64,000 nt of DNA. Origin: Candidatus Nomurabacteria bacterium (GTDB taxonomy: Bacteria; Patescibacteriota; Minisyncoccia; Phycocordibacterales; UBA918). The notes under the pieces are model-generated. The model saw only the letters and a list, made by a program, of their open reading frames with translations. It was not told the origin of the DNA and ran no database searches. Below, piece by piece: positions 37,889 to 47,611 of the stretch. A program made the translations under genes and the position numbers. How positions within the stretch are numbered: the first letter of the stretch is position 1; the number at the start of each line of letters is the position of its first letter. The stretch is from NCBI GenBank assembly GCA_020632075.1, contig JACKGH010000001.1, positions 665,778 through 729,777 of the forward strand. Direction: 5' to 3'.

Positions 37889-37917
37889 CAGAGCGCCATT
37901 TGGCGCTCTTGTTTTTA
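37889..37917 (+). terminator. Second terminator about 110 nt downstream (possible sRNA 3' end)
   Basis: agagcgcc-atttg-gcgctct plus tgttttt. Confidence 0.5.
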
Positions 37918-37956
37918 CAAAAAGACACTAATGTACTATTGTTTTGAAACACAGCA

Positions 37957-39126
37957 ATGAAAGTCGTTTACGCAAATCAAACCCCACCGGAGTCGTGGTC
38001 ATCAGCCATCTTCTTGGCTGGACCAACACCACGAGCAGAGACTACCGTGCCTTCATGGCGCCCAGATGCATTGCAGTATCTTGAGCACCTTGGCTACGAT
38101 GGCGTGGTGTTTGTCCCCGAAGATGAGAACGGAACCTGGCAGCATGATTACATCGACCAGATCGAATGGGAAGAAATGTGCCTACACTTTTCTGATGTCA
38201 TCCTCTTCTGGATACCGCGTGATCTAGCTGAGATGCCTGCCTTCACCACCAACGATGAGTGGGGGTTCTGGAAAGCGAAGGACCCAATGAAGCTGGTACT
38301 TGGCACCCCTCCCAACGCACCGAAGGTTCGGTATCAACGCTACTACGCCGATAAACTACACATCCCGACCCACGACACCCTGCAAGCCACTTGTGCTGCG
38401 GCGATCAAAAAGCTCGGCGACACGAGTAACACCACTCGCCAAACTGGTGAACGATCTGTACCACTACACATTTGGCGCACGCCATCATTCGAGAGTTGGT
38501 ACATGAATCTGATCGACGTCGGGAATCGGCTCGATGACGCAAAGGTTGAGTGGGTCTTCCGCACGAACAACGAAATACCAGTGCTCTTTTTCTGGATCCT
38601 CACCGTCGATATCTACATCAGTACTGAAGACCGTCACAAGACCTGCGAAGTGGTGATCGCCCGCCCCGATATATCGACCATACTATTATACGAACGACGC
38701 ACTCCGATTCGCGACAGTCGCATAGTGGTCGTGAAAGAATTTCGCAGCCCGGTTTCTAATGGTGCAGGTTATGTGCTCGAACTGCCAGGTGGCTCTTCGT
38801 GGAAAGCAGAACAAGATCCACTTGAGATCGCTATCGAAGAATGTCATGAGGAAGTAGGACTACACCTACCTCCCGACCGTTTCGTCACCCACCAAACACG
38901 GCAGATAGCCGCAACCGCCCTGGCCCACCGAGCACATCTATTCAGTGCTGAGTTGTCACCAGCTGAGATGGAGGAAGTTGCCAAGAACGCCCATGTGGTA
39001 CGCGGAGTTGCAGCAGACACTGAATACACCCGTGCGATCGTCATGACCTACGGCGAACTACTTGATAGTACCAATGTTGACTGGTCGATGCTTGGTATGG
39101 TCGCTTCTGTTTTTTACTTAAAATGA
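37957..39126 (+). CDS. Fusion protein: nucleoside 2-deoxyribosyltransferase/Rcl-like N-domain plus Nudix hydrolase C-domain
   Basis: N-terminal AIFLAGP...TTNDEWGFWKAKDPMKLVL (NDT-like T-x2-E-x-G...KP); C-terminal GSSWKAE-x8-EECHEEVGL, a degenerate Nudix box. Confidence 0.6.
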   Translation: MKVVYANQTPPESWSSAIFLAGPTPRAETTVPSWRPDALQYLEHLGYDGVVFVPEDENGTWQHDYIDQIEWEEMCLHFSDVILFWIPRDLAEMPAFTTNDEWGFWKAKDPMKLVLGTPPNAPKVRYQRYYADKLHIPTHDTLQATCAAAIKKLGDTSNTTRQTGERSVPLHIWRTPSFESWYMNLIDVGNRLDDAKVEWVFRTNNEIPVLFFWILTVDIYISTEDRHKTCEVVIARPDISTILLYERRTPIRDSRIVVVKEFRSPVSNGAGYVLELPGGSSWKAEQDPLEIAIEECHEEVGLHLPPDRFVTHQTRQIAATALAHRAHLFSAELSPAEMEEVAKNAHVVRGVAADTEYTRAIVMTYGELLDSTNVDWSMLGMVASVFYLK

Positions 39127-39136
39127 TCGTCTTCTA

Positions 39137-39170
39137 AAAAAGCCCACAGCTGAAAAGCTGTGGGGCATTT
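39137..39170. terminator. Bidirectional terminator
   Basis: aaaaaagcccacagc-tgaaaa-gctgtggggcatttt. Confidence 0.7.
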
Positions 39171-39184
39171 TACTTGTTGAACAT

Positions 39185-39898
39185 CTAGGGTACGAACTGC
39201 ATCGAAACCCGGAAGGCACGATTGCTCTGTCGCGTGACGCTCGGATCATCCGGATCAAATACCTCGCGAGCACAGATCTCGAAGACCGCTGCCATATCGT
39301 CATGTGACTGCTCATTCTCCCGTGCACGCAGCCGGCGGCGATATGCCGGATCGAGGAACTTCCGCAGATCGTCTTTTGCGATCAGATCGATCCGGATTGT
39401 CTTGAAGTCTCCTTCTCGTGCCAGCGTGATACACGCGTATGATTCCTTGTGAATAACCGGCAACTGATGCATTCGGCGCAAGTGACCTTCAGCCGTCAGG
39501 GTCGAACAGTTGTCGACCACTTTTTTGCCGAGTGTTCGTTGCTGTACATCAAGCGCAAGATCGATGAACGTATCATCTGCGTTGTCGGTGCTTGAGCACT
39601 TCGCGGCAGCTGCAACAGCTTTCGCAAGGATCGGGTTCGGAAACACCTGAGCGATCGGTCGTGATGCCACGACAGTCCGAGGTTTCATGAGCACTCGCCC
39701 GTCGTCGGTTGGTTCGAAGTAGTTCGAGACCATCAAGACGACGTCCGTCATGTCACCATTCTTGAATTTTTTCCTGTCTCGGAAATACAACAAGAGAATT
39801 GGTACCAAGACCATCAGCGCCGAAGGTACGGACTTGGCGACACTCAACAGCAGCTCCCGCACAAATTCAATACTCAGCAGACCTTCAAACAAACTCAT
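39185..39898 (-). CDS. Hypothetical protein with N-terminal TM anchor
   Basis: 237-aa ORF with coding-like composition; no recognisable motif. Confidence 0.5.
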   Translation of the reverse strand: MSLFEGLLSIEFVRELLLSVAKSVPSALMVLVPILLLYFRDRKKFKNGDMTDVVLMVSNYFEPTDDGRVLMKPRTVVASRPIAQVFPNPILAKAVAAAAKCSSTDNADDTFIDLALDVQQRTLGKKVVDNCSTLTAEGHLRRMHQLPVIHKESYACITLAREGDFKTIRIDLIAKDDLRKFLDPAYRRRLRARENEQSHDDMAAVFEICAREVFDPDDPSVTRQSNRAFRVSMQFVP

Positions 39899-40269
39899 AC
39901 AGCCTCCTTTTGGCTTTATGGTGAGTCACAAAAAACTGATGCAAGAATAACACGAAAATGTTATACGTCAATACTCTTCCAACCAAGCCTTTACTGAAGG
40001 GATCGAGGAGACATAACCAAAAACCACCGCTTACGCGGTGATTTTCTAACGTTCAAGTAATTTCGATCAGCTGACAGCTGAGCATACTCAGGACCACTGA
40101 TGAAAGAGGCGTACCGCAGCAATACGTATGATGCAAGCTAGATATTGTGATTGGTATCGTGTACCTAAAGTAGCAACGATTGCATATAATGCTTGCTTGG
40201 TGCTGCGGGCAGGTCTGCCTCACCCCTGCTCACTTGTTACTACTCTTCACTCGCAAAAATATTTCATCA

Positions 40270-41349
40270 CTATTCCGCCGGCACCAAGTTCAGCACCGTT
40301 ACCTGATTCCTTGAGCCAAGCCGCATTGGCGGACCCCAGGTCCCGGTGCCGGGTGTGACATGGAGCGACTTTCCTTCCTCGGTGTTGAGGCCATTGATAT
40401 ATGGAAATGCGAGCTTCACAAGCAAGGTAAACGGCCAGATCTGGCCATTGTGCGTGTGCCCAGAGAGCATCAGCCCGACACCCTTCTGCCTCGCTACTGC
40501 CCAGTCTGCTGGTGAGTGATACATGAGAATAGTCGGCATGCCTAGCGCAAGCTCGAGCGAGTCGAGTACCTCGGCGAGCGATGTACCGCGGAGGCTCTGA
40601 CGGTCATTCACTCCGATGAGCTGGATGCCTTGCCAGTCGATCTTCTCATTTGCGAGCAAAGTGAGGTCAAGCGGTGCGACTGTGTCGGCCACTAGCTTCA
40701 GCCCTTCGTACTCTTCGTGATTACCATTAGAAAAATAGCTTGGCGCCTCAAGGTCGTTTAGTGGCTCGAGGATACTCGTATCGATCGGCGCCGAGCCGTC
40801 AAAGAGATCTCCCGTGATCAGCACCAAGTCTGACTTCGCGGCATTGGTCGCTTCAACCACGCGGCGCAAGTACTCACTCTGGTGCACCGTCCCCACATGG
40901 ATATCGGCGAGATGCACGATGCGTACCGGCTGCTCGAGATGCTCCACTGCCACGGTGTATTCCTTGGTCGTGAGCGCGTGTCCGGCAAAAAGCGCATGGA
41001 CCGACGCACCTGCGACCAACACCACCAAACCGATCACCACTCCCCGCGACTCAAAGCCGGTCACCATGTACTGGAGCTGATACACCAGCATCGTCGAAAA
41101 CAGCAAGAACACCACCCCGAGCCACGTCGCCGCGGCGAAGTATAAGTAGTCGGCCCAGAGCCCGCCGATGGTCCGCACCGCTGCACTCGCAAGCAGGTAC
41201 GACGACGCCAACAGCCCCAACCACACCGGCCAGTATGGTAGCGTCAGTCCAAACACCCTCGACAGCGGCACCCACGCGATCACGTGCATCAGGAACATCA
41301 CCGCCCACACGATACTGATAAAGATGATGAAGGAAAATATGCCGGTCAT
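40270..41349 (-). CDS. Membrane-bound calcineurin-like metallophosphoesterase
   Basis: N-terminal TM helices; HLADIHVG...GDLFDGS...GNHE phosphoesterase motifs. Confidence 0.8.
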   Translation of the reverse strand: MTGIFSFIIFISIVWAVMFLMHVIAWVPLSRVFGLTLPYWPVWLGLLASSYLLASAAVRTIGGLWADYLYFAAATWLGVVFLLFSTMLVYQLQYMVTGFESRGVVIGLVVLVAGASVHALFAGHALTTKEYTVAVEHLEQPVRIVHLADIHVGTVHQSEYLRRVVEATNAAKSDLVLITGDLFDGSAPIDTSILEPLNDLEAPSYFSNGNHEEYEGLKLVADTVAPLDLTLLANEKIDWQGIQLIGVNDRQSLRGTSLAEVLDSLELALGMPTILMYHSPADWAVARQKGVGLMLSGHTHNGQIWPFTLLVKLAFPYINGLNTEEGKSLHVTPGTGTWGPPMRLGSRNQVTVLNLVPAE

Positions 41350-41440
41350 GATAGTAGTATACGCAGTGTTACCAAAGTTGAATACATAAATTTGTCAGAC
41401 TAAACCTTCCTTCTTCCTTAACCAGGTATATAATGAACTC

Positions 41441-41632
41441 ATGTTTCGGATCATTACAGGAGTCGCGGTCATGGCATTCGGACTATGGCTCATATATATG
41501 TATTCCGCGGGGATCTTTGCCACCCTCTATGGGTTGGTCATAACTGGCGTTGGCGTAGCGATCCTGCTGAACAAAAAAGAAGACGAGATCGAGAAAATTA
41601 CCAAAGATACACATAACAATCAGCAACCATGA
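41441..41632 (+). CDS. Small two-TM membrane protein, translationally coupled to ybjQ-like gene
   Basis: 63 aa with two hydrophobic helices; ATGA overlap with the next ORF. Confidence 0.45.
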   Translation: MFRIITGVAVMAFGLWLIYMYSAGIFATLYGLVITGVGVAILLNKKEDEIEKITKDTHNNQQP

Positions 41633-41952
41633 GCAATATCATTGTCACCACTTCCATCGACGTACCCGGGCGCGAGATCAGCGAAGTATTAGGGGTCGCA
41701 AAGGGTAACACTGTTCGCGCACGAAACATCGGCCGTGATATTGGCGCCGGCCTTAAGAGTATCGTCGGCGGCGAAGTGAAGACTTATACCGAAATGACCA
41801 CCGCTGCACGTGACGAGGCATACAATCGCATGGTCAATCACGCAATCGAGATGGGTGCCGATGCGATCATCGCCATGCAATTCTCAACTTCCATGGTCAT
41901 GGCCGGCGCAGCTGAAATGCTTGCGTATGGCACCGCAGTGAAACTTAAGTAA
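41629..41952 (+). CDS. YbjQ/UPF0145 (DUF74) family protein
   Basis: MSNIIVTTSIDVPGREI...GADAIIAMQF matches the family along its full length. Confidence 0.8.
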   Translation: MSNIIVTTSIDVPGREISEVLGVAKGNTVRARNIGRDIGAGLKSIVGGEVKTYTEMTTAARDEAYNRMVNHAIEMGADAIIAMQFSTSMVMAGAAEMLAYGTAVKLK

Positions 41953-41963
41953 GATTATGATTT

Positions 41964-41998
41964 AAAACGGGGCGCTCCCTTTGGGAGCGCCCCGTTTT
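41964..41998. terminator. Perfect palindromic terminator
   Basis: aaaacggggcgctccc-ttt-gggagcgccccgtttt. Confidence 0.8.
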
Positions 41999-42046
41999 AA
42001 ATCACACACATTGCCAGCGTCATTCAGTACGGTATAGTGCAATCAT

Positions 42047-42505
42047 ATGAACAGCAAGAAAATTGGCATCATTCTGTTTGTGTTAGTGGTACTCATTATC
42101 ATTATTTTCATGACCACCAACAAGCAGACCTCCGAGGCGCCAGCCGTGACCGATAACACATCTCCGGCACCTGCAGAACAAAGCGACCAAGGTGAACTAT
42201 CATTCATCGAATCACTCACCAACATTGGTACTGATATCAGCTTCGTACACGTAGTGCCTGGCGAATACAGTGAGGTGTACTTACTCATTCGCGGCGGCAC
42301 CCCGGGAGAGACCAAACTTGTGACCCTCGAAGGTCCAGGAATGGTTAGCGACAACGATCAGATGGCCACTTTCGATGAGAATGGTGAAGCTCGTTATACT
42401 TGGCGGATCAATCGCTACGGTGAATACAGTGCGTACGAAGACCACTACAACCCAGTCACTGAAGAAGATGAACCTGAATTTATTCGATCAGTAGTGGTCA
42501 ACTAG
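42047..42505 (+). CDS. Secreted/membrane-anchored hypothetical protein
   Basis: N-terminal signal anchor; 152 aa; acidic. Confidence 0.55.
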   Translation: MNSKKIGIILFVLVVLIIIIFMTTNKQTSEAPAVTDNTSPAPAEQSDQGELSFIESLTNIGTDISFVHVVPGEYSEVYLLIRGGTPGETKLVTLEGPGMVSDNDQMATFDENGEARYTWRINRYGEYSAYEDHYNPVTEEDEPEFIRSVVVN

Positions 42506-42552
42506 AATTCTAGTTACTAAACCGAGTCAGGAAACATGACATAATAAGCATC

Positions 42553-43308
42553 ATGAGACAACGATTCTCGTCACTCTACTTTAAGCAAGGCTCTATTCCA
42601 CCAGCCCTCCTTACCGCCTCAGCACTAGTGGGGTTACTCACTATATTGAGTATAAATATCCTCCCCATCGAAACAACCCCAACAGCTGAAATGCGCATCG
42701 AGCCAAGAGAAAAAATCCTACTTAAGGGGGACACTTTTACTGTCAATATTGTTGTGGAATCTTCAGAACCAACCAACGTCTTTGCTGGAGAAGTTCATTT
42801 TGATCCTGAAATTCTGTACATCAAAGGCATTGACTATAACACCTCCATCGCAGATCTTTGGGCAGAGCTACCTTGGTACAGCAACGGTGACGGTACGCTG
42901 AAGTTTGCTGGCGGCACCACAAGAGCCGGCGGTTTCTCTGGCTCAGACACACTCATCACCATCGAGTTTGAAACGTTGCGCGAAGGAGATGGGATCATAT
43001 CCATCCACACACCACGCGTCTTGCGTCATGACGGACTCGGCACCGATATAGAGCTAGCCCAGTCACGAGACGCCCTCTTCACCGTTGCAGAAACGATGCC
43101 TAACCTCATCACAGAAAAAAGTGAGGAATCAACATACCGAGTAGCAGAATCAGCTCCTTCTACCGACCTCAACGGTGACGGCAAACAATCCTTAGCTGAC
43201 ATCAGCATTTTCATGCTCCACATCACTAGTGATGATCCGCAGTATGATTTCAATCTAGACGGTGACGTGACCATTAAGGATCTTAATATTCTCCTTGATG
43301 CAGAATAG
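42553..43308 (+). CDS. Cohesin-like domain protein with C-terminal dockerin repeats
   Basis: C-terminal DLNGDGKQSLADISIF...DFNLDGDVTIKDLNILL (two Ca-binding dockerin segments); cohesin-like beta-sandwich region upstream. Confidence 0.65.
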   Translation: MRQRFSSLYFKQGSIPPALLTASALVGLLTILSINILPIETTPTAEMRIEPREKILLKGDTFTVNIVVESSEPTNVFAGEVHFDPEILYIKGIDYNTSIADLWAELPWYSNGDGTLKFAGGTTRAGGFSGSDTLITIEFETLREGDGIISIHTPRVLRHDGLGTDIELAQSRDALFTVAETMPNLITEKSEESTYRVAESAPSTDLNGDGKQSLADISIFMLHITSDDPQYDFNLDGDVTIKDLNILLDAE

Positions 43309-43318
43309 TGCAAGAAAA

Positions 43319-43347
43319 AGAAAAAGCCGCTTGATAAGCGGCTTTCT
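43319..43347. terminator. Bidirectional terminator
   Basis: aaaaagccgc-ttgataa-gcggcttt. Confidence 0.65.
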
Positions 43348-43349
43348 CT

Positions 43350-44021
43350 TTATAGATTCCGCAACATAATACGCATCTCATTGATCTCCTCTGACTGAGT
43401 CTTAATGATATTCGCAGCCAGGTTCTTGATCTCGTCATGTTCGATGTGCGGCTCGACACTGCGTGCCATCATGATCGCTCCCATATGGTGCATGATCATA
43501 TCGCTGAGGAACGCACGATCGATCGCTTCCCCACTCAAGCCTTCGAGCTCACGCATCATCTCGTGATACGAACCATTATCCTGATACGCTTCACCGTACC
43601 AGTTTTGGTACCACTCCTTCATCTCAGCGATCTCTCGCTCCTGCGCCACGATAATATTTTCTACCAACGCTTTGATCTCTGGTGTGGTGGCGCCCCGTGC
43701 GAGCACTTCCTTCGCCGTATCCACCGCTTCCTGATGATGTGGGATCATACCAGCGAGAAACTCTTTTTCTGAACTCACCGTCATGTCCATCATGCCCATA
43801 TGCATAGAATGATCAACCTCATCATTCCAAGCACCCATCATACCCATGCCACCGTACTCCCAATCATCTGCTTCAAGGTCACGGCGATCGTCGGATCGAC
43901 CATACTTCTCATGCCCATACCGGTCACCATCATGCCAATCGGCAGCTTGACCCACACAGTAGCCAAAAATACCACCCACCAACAGTGCGATGATGCCGAT
44001 CAAAATTGTGTCTTTTTTCAT
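43350..44021 (-). CDS. DUF305-domain protein (secreted four-helix-bundle, HH motifs)
   Basis: Two FLxxMIPHH / FLSDMIMHH repeats characteristic of DUF305; signal anchor. Confidence 0.8.
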   Translation of the reverse strand: MKKDTILIGIIALLVGGIFGYCVGQAADWHDGDRYGHEKYGRSDDRRDLEADDWEYGGMGMMGAWNDEVDHSMHMGMMDMTVSSEKEFLAGMIPHHQEAVDTAKEVLARGATTPEIKALVENIIVAQEREIAEMKEWYQNWYGEAYQDNGSYHEMMRELEGLSGEAIDRAFLSDMIMHHMGAIMMARSVEPHIEHDEIKNLAANIIKTQSEEINEMRIMLRNL

Positions 44022-44074
44022 GCTTTCTAGTACGCAGAATTGAGCAAAACCTTGCAGCTGCTATACTGCAATTC

Positions 44075-45466
44075 ATGACCAAACCATACGCCCGATCACT
44101 CTTCATCTTCCGTCGCGACCTGCGCCTTGAGGACAATCTCGGACTGCTGGCCCTGCTCGAACAAAGTAAGGAGGTTATTCCGGCGTTCATCTTCGACCCA
44201 CGCCAGATCGACACCACGCAAAACGAATACTTCAGTGCCAATGCGTTTCAGTTTCTGCACCGCTCTCTGCTCGAGCTTGAAGCAGCCCTCCAAGCGCGCG
44301 GATTGAAGCTGTATGTCTTTCATGGTGATCCGGCTGAAGTGGTCGAAAGCCTGATCACGAGCGACGGCGTACGGGCGGTCTTTGTGAATAAAGACTACAC
44401 ACCGTTTGCGCGCACCCGCGACAAGCAAATCGCCGATATCTGCGAAACACACGACGTGGTGTTTGAGCGACATGACGACATCGCCCTTTCACCACTTGAG
44501 GAGATCCGCACCAATGAAGGAAAATTGTATTCGGTATTCACACCGTTTATGAAAAAAGCCATGACGTATGAGGTAGCCAAGCCGCGGAAAAATAATTTTG
44601 ATAATTATTTTTCCGCGGCTTTAGAGACACACACGCGTAACCTCAATGACTTCGCACCCAAAGAACCAAACGATCAACTCCTCATCAAGGGCGGGCGCGC
44701 TGAAGCACTTGAGCTGCTACGCGGCGGCTATCTCCCGCAGTACAAAGACCGGCGCAACCTCCTCGCTGAAGACGGAACCTCCAAGCTATCGGTACATCAT
44801 AAGTTTGGCACTCTTTCGATCCGCGAAACGTTCCACCACGCAATCGAACACGCAGGGGCCCACAGCCAGTTTATCTCCGAGCTCTACTGGCGCGACTTCT
44901 ACTACTACATCGCCTACCATTTCCCGATCGTCTTCAAAAGATCATTTCTGCCCTGGGCCAACAACCTCAAGTGGATCAATGACAAAGCACAGTTTGAAAA
45001 ATGGTGTGCCGGCCAAACCGGCGTGCCCATGGTCGATGCCGCCATGCGCGAACTCAATACCACCGGTTGGATGCACAACCGCTCCCGTATGATCGTCGCA
45101 TCGTACCTCACGAAAAATCTCCTTATCGATTGGCACTGGGGTGAGAAGTACTTTGCGCAAACGCTCGTCGACTACGACCCGGCACAAAATAACGGCGGTT
45201 GGCAGTGGAGTGCCTCAACGGGTGCCGATCCGAGACCGCTGCGTATCTTCAATCCATACACCCAAGCAACCAAGTACGATGCTAATGCTGCGTACATATA
45301 CAAATGGATTCCCGAACTACAGGACGTCCCCACCACCAAACTCACCGATGGTAAAACCCAAGACTTCAGCACGCTCGCGCCCGACTACCCTGCTCCCCTA
45401 GTAGATCAAAAAGAAAGCTATCACCGCGCCCTGGCGGCGTACAAAGCAGCAAAACAAACAAACTAA
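44075..45466 (+). CDS. phrB: Deoxyribodipyrimidine photolyase
   Basis: N-terminal alpha/beta domain; FAD-binding GWMHNRSRMIVASYL...DYDPAQNNGGWQW. Confidence 0.9.
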   Translation: MTKPYARSLFIFRRDLRLEDNLGLLALLEQSKEVIPAFIFDPRQIDTTQNEYFSANAFQFLHRSLLELEAALQARGLKLYVFHGDPAEVVESLITSDGVRAVFVNKDYTPFARTRDKQIADICETHDVVFERHDDIALSPLEEIRTNEGKLYSVFTPFMKKAMTYEVAKPRKNNFDNYFSAALETHTRNLNDFAPKEPNDQLLIKGGRAEALELLRGGYLPQYKDRRNLLAEDGTSKLSVHHKFGTLSIRETFHHAIEHAGAHSQFISELYWRDFYYYIAYHFPIVFKRSFLPWANNLKWINDKAQFEKWCAGQTGVPMVDAAMRELNTTGWMHNRSRMIVASYLTKNLLIDWHWGEKYFAQTLVDYDPAQNNGGWQWSASTGADPRPLRIFNPYTQATKYDANAAYIYKWIPELQDVPTTKLTDGKTQDFSTLAPDYPAPLVDQKESYHRALAAYKAAKQTN

Positions 45467-45495
45467 AAAAAGCCGTGGTATACCACGGCCTTTCG
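45467..45495. terminator. Bidirectional terminator
   Basis: aaaaaaagccgtggta-ta-ccacggcctttc. Confidence 0.65.
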
Positions 45496-45505
45496 TAAGG
45501 AACAC

Positions 45506-46975
45506 TCAGAAACGTTCCACGAAGTCTGCCACTGCTGACCGCTCACTACCCTGCAAGATAACGTGCGCACCAAGCGGACTCGGCATGAAACGATTCGCCC
45601 ACACGGACAGCCCATTGTCTGTTTCGGTCAGGTACTTCGCATCGATCTGCTTCACATTCCCGAGGACGACTATCTTAGACCCAAAGCCGACCCGCGAGAT
45701 CAGAGTCCGCATGTCTTTTGGGGTTAGATTCTGGCCCTCATCAAGAATGATATACCGCTTGAACAGGGTCCGACCACGCATGAACGAGGTCGACTTCAGA
45801 TCAATGCGGCTACGCAACATCTCCATACTAGCACCTTTCATACCGGTTGCATGGAGTCCATCCGCACACTTATCATCCTCCCATTCATGCGTGATAACTT
45901 CTAAGTTATCGGTTACCGCACCCATCCATGGTTGCATCTTCTCTGCTTCAGTACCAGGCAAGAAGCCAATATCCTCTCCAGACGGCACAGTGGCACGGGT
46001 CGCGATCATCCGAGTGTAGATCCGCTCATTAAAGATCTGTTCAAGACCGCAGACTAGAGCAATGAGGGTCTTGCCCGAACCGGCAATCCCGTTGAGAAAC
46101 ACCACTGGCAAATGCGGATCAAGACACAAGTGCATGGCGTATGCCTGATGCATGTTTCTTGGGTGAATACCGAAGGCTTCGCGACGCTGACGTTGCCAAT
46201 CCGGGATCTGCAACACTGTCGCTCTCGTACCACTCGTTTCCAGCACACGATAGAGTTTCCCTGATTCGAACTCCTCTCCAATGACCAGTCCCTGATTGGG
46301 ATACCAGCTTCCTACCAGTTCATGCTCAAACGTAGTGACAGATCCATAACGGCTATCCTGTTGCGACTCCGCAAACTGTACTTCTGACCAAAAACCTTCT
46401 GGCAAGTGTTGCATACCAGTGGTCGCAAGGACGTCGATATCCTCAAGCGATACTGCTTCATTTCGATAGTCCTGTACCTCGATACCTAACATACGCGCTT
46501 TGTTACGCAAACTTATATCCTTGGTGACCAAGATGACAGGTCGAGGACCGCCACCACGCCCATTTCCTCGCCGATCTTTCTCAGCCAATGCGTAGCGCAA
46601 GATCGAGTTGTCATATTTGTCATCATCAAAGACAAACGGTAACTCGATCTTTCTTGCCTCTTCCGTCTGTAGGTACAATTGTCCAGTTGCGCCATACTTC
46701 TCGGTCAACTCACACAGACCATCAAGTTGGATCTGAGCCACTAGACCTTCATGATTGGCAGCACCGTTGTAGTTTTGCATCAGTCCATCAAGATTTCGAA
46801 TGGCTTGCCGCGTATTACGATTCTTTTCGAGCACGCCACTCTTGTGATTATCAAGCTCTTCCGACACCTTGAGCGGAATCGCCACAATGTGGCGACCAAA
46901 CTTGAGTAGTGCATCTGGGTCATGCATGAGCACGTTGGTGTCGAGGATATACTGCTTCTGTTGTTTGTGTCCCAT
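45506..46975 (-). CDS. PhoH-family ATPase with N-terminal PIN domain (YlaK-like)
   Basis: PIN acidic residues (ILDTNVLMHD); Walker A GIAGSGKT and the PhoH core. Confidence 0.85.
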   Translation of the reverse strand: MGHKQQKQYILDTNVLMHDPDALLKFGRHIVAIPLKVSEELDNHKSGVLEKNRNTRQAIRNLDGLMQNYNGAANHEGLVAQIQLDGLCELTEKYGATGQLYLQTEEARKIELPFVFDDDKYDNSILRYALAEKDRRGNGRGGGPRPVILVTKDISLRNKARMLGIEVQDYRNEAVSLEDIDVLATTGMQHLPEGFWSEVQFAESQQDSRYGSVTTFEHELVGSWYPNQGLVIGEEFESGKLYRVLETSGTRATVLQIPDWQRQRREAFGIHPRNMHQAYAMHLCLDPHLPVVFLNGIAGSGKTLIALVCGLEQIFNERIYTRMIATRATVPSGEDIGFLPGTEAEKMQPWMGAVTDNLEVITHEWEDDKCADGLHATGMKGASMEMLRSRIDLKSTSFMRGRTLFKRYIILDEGQNLTPKDMRTLISRVGFGSKIVVLGNVKQIDAKYLTETDNGLSVWANRFMPSPLGAHVILQGSERSAVADFVERF

Positions 46976-47104
46976 AGGACCTCCTGTAATAGAACATTCG
47001 TACTGCCCACAGCATACTGACCAATGGGCGTTCCGCAACTACACAAACCGTCAGATGTTTGCTGTTATACTTTACATATTTATTCATCTAATCATTCATT
47101 ATCC

Positions 47105-47548
47105 ATGAATCAAGCACAACTTCGCCAAACGATCATCGACTTCCTCAACCAACACCGTAAGGCAGTCTTCTCAATTCTTGATGAAAAGGGTCTTCCGACC
47201 ACGTCCCTCATGCTCTATGTGATCGACGATGAGCTCAATGTCTTCTTCGGTACTCGCAAAGCATTTTCAAAATATCAGCACATTATCGATAATCCAGTCG
47301 TATCACTTTCGGTGATCGAAGAAGTGGTTGACCCACTGAAGGTCGTCGACATTCGCGGTGACGTTACACAACTTTCGCCAGAAGACCAAGAAAAGGTACA
47401 CTCGTTTTTCAAAGAGAAGAATCCAGCGAAGTACTACGTCGAAGGAGCCGAAGATTTTGTCATGTTCAAACTCACGCCTCATTTCGTACGCTGGCTCGAT
47501 GCCGCCAGTGGTGAACTATCGATCGTTGATCTGAGTGAGATCAGATAA
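47105..47548 (+). CDS. Pyridoxamine 5'-phosphate oxidase-like protein (general stress protein 26-like)
   Basis: FMN-binding split-barrel pattern; 147 aa. Confidence 0.7.
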   Translation: MNQAQLRQTIIDFLNQHRKAVFSILDEKGLPTTSLMLYVIDDELNVFFGTRKAFSKYQHIIDNPVVSLSVIEEVVDPLKVVDIRGDVTQLSPEDQEKVHSFFKEKNPAKYYVEGAEDFVMFKLTPHFVRWLDAASGELSIVDLSEIR

Positions 47549-47558
47549 CATACAGACA

Positions 47559-47588
47559 CAAAAAAACCGGAGCGTTTGCTCCGGTTTA
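47559..47588. terminator. Bidirectional terminator shared by the PNPOx-like gene and the Ubl operon
   Basis: aaaaaaaccggagc-gtttg-ctccggttt. Confidence 0.75.
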
Positions 47589-47611
47589 CTTCTGTTTAGG
47601 AACTTGAGGAA

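Noticed and set aside
39900-40269. The 370-bp ORF-free region was scanned for SRP RNA, RNase P RNA and tmRNA signatures
   Set aside because: No GGAAGCAGCC (SRP domain IV), no RNase P P4 motif and no tmRNA termini were found. Only a terminator-like hairpin (40020-40046) and a short palindrome are present.
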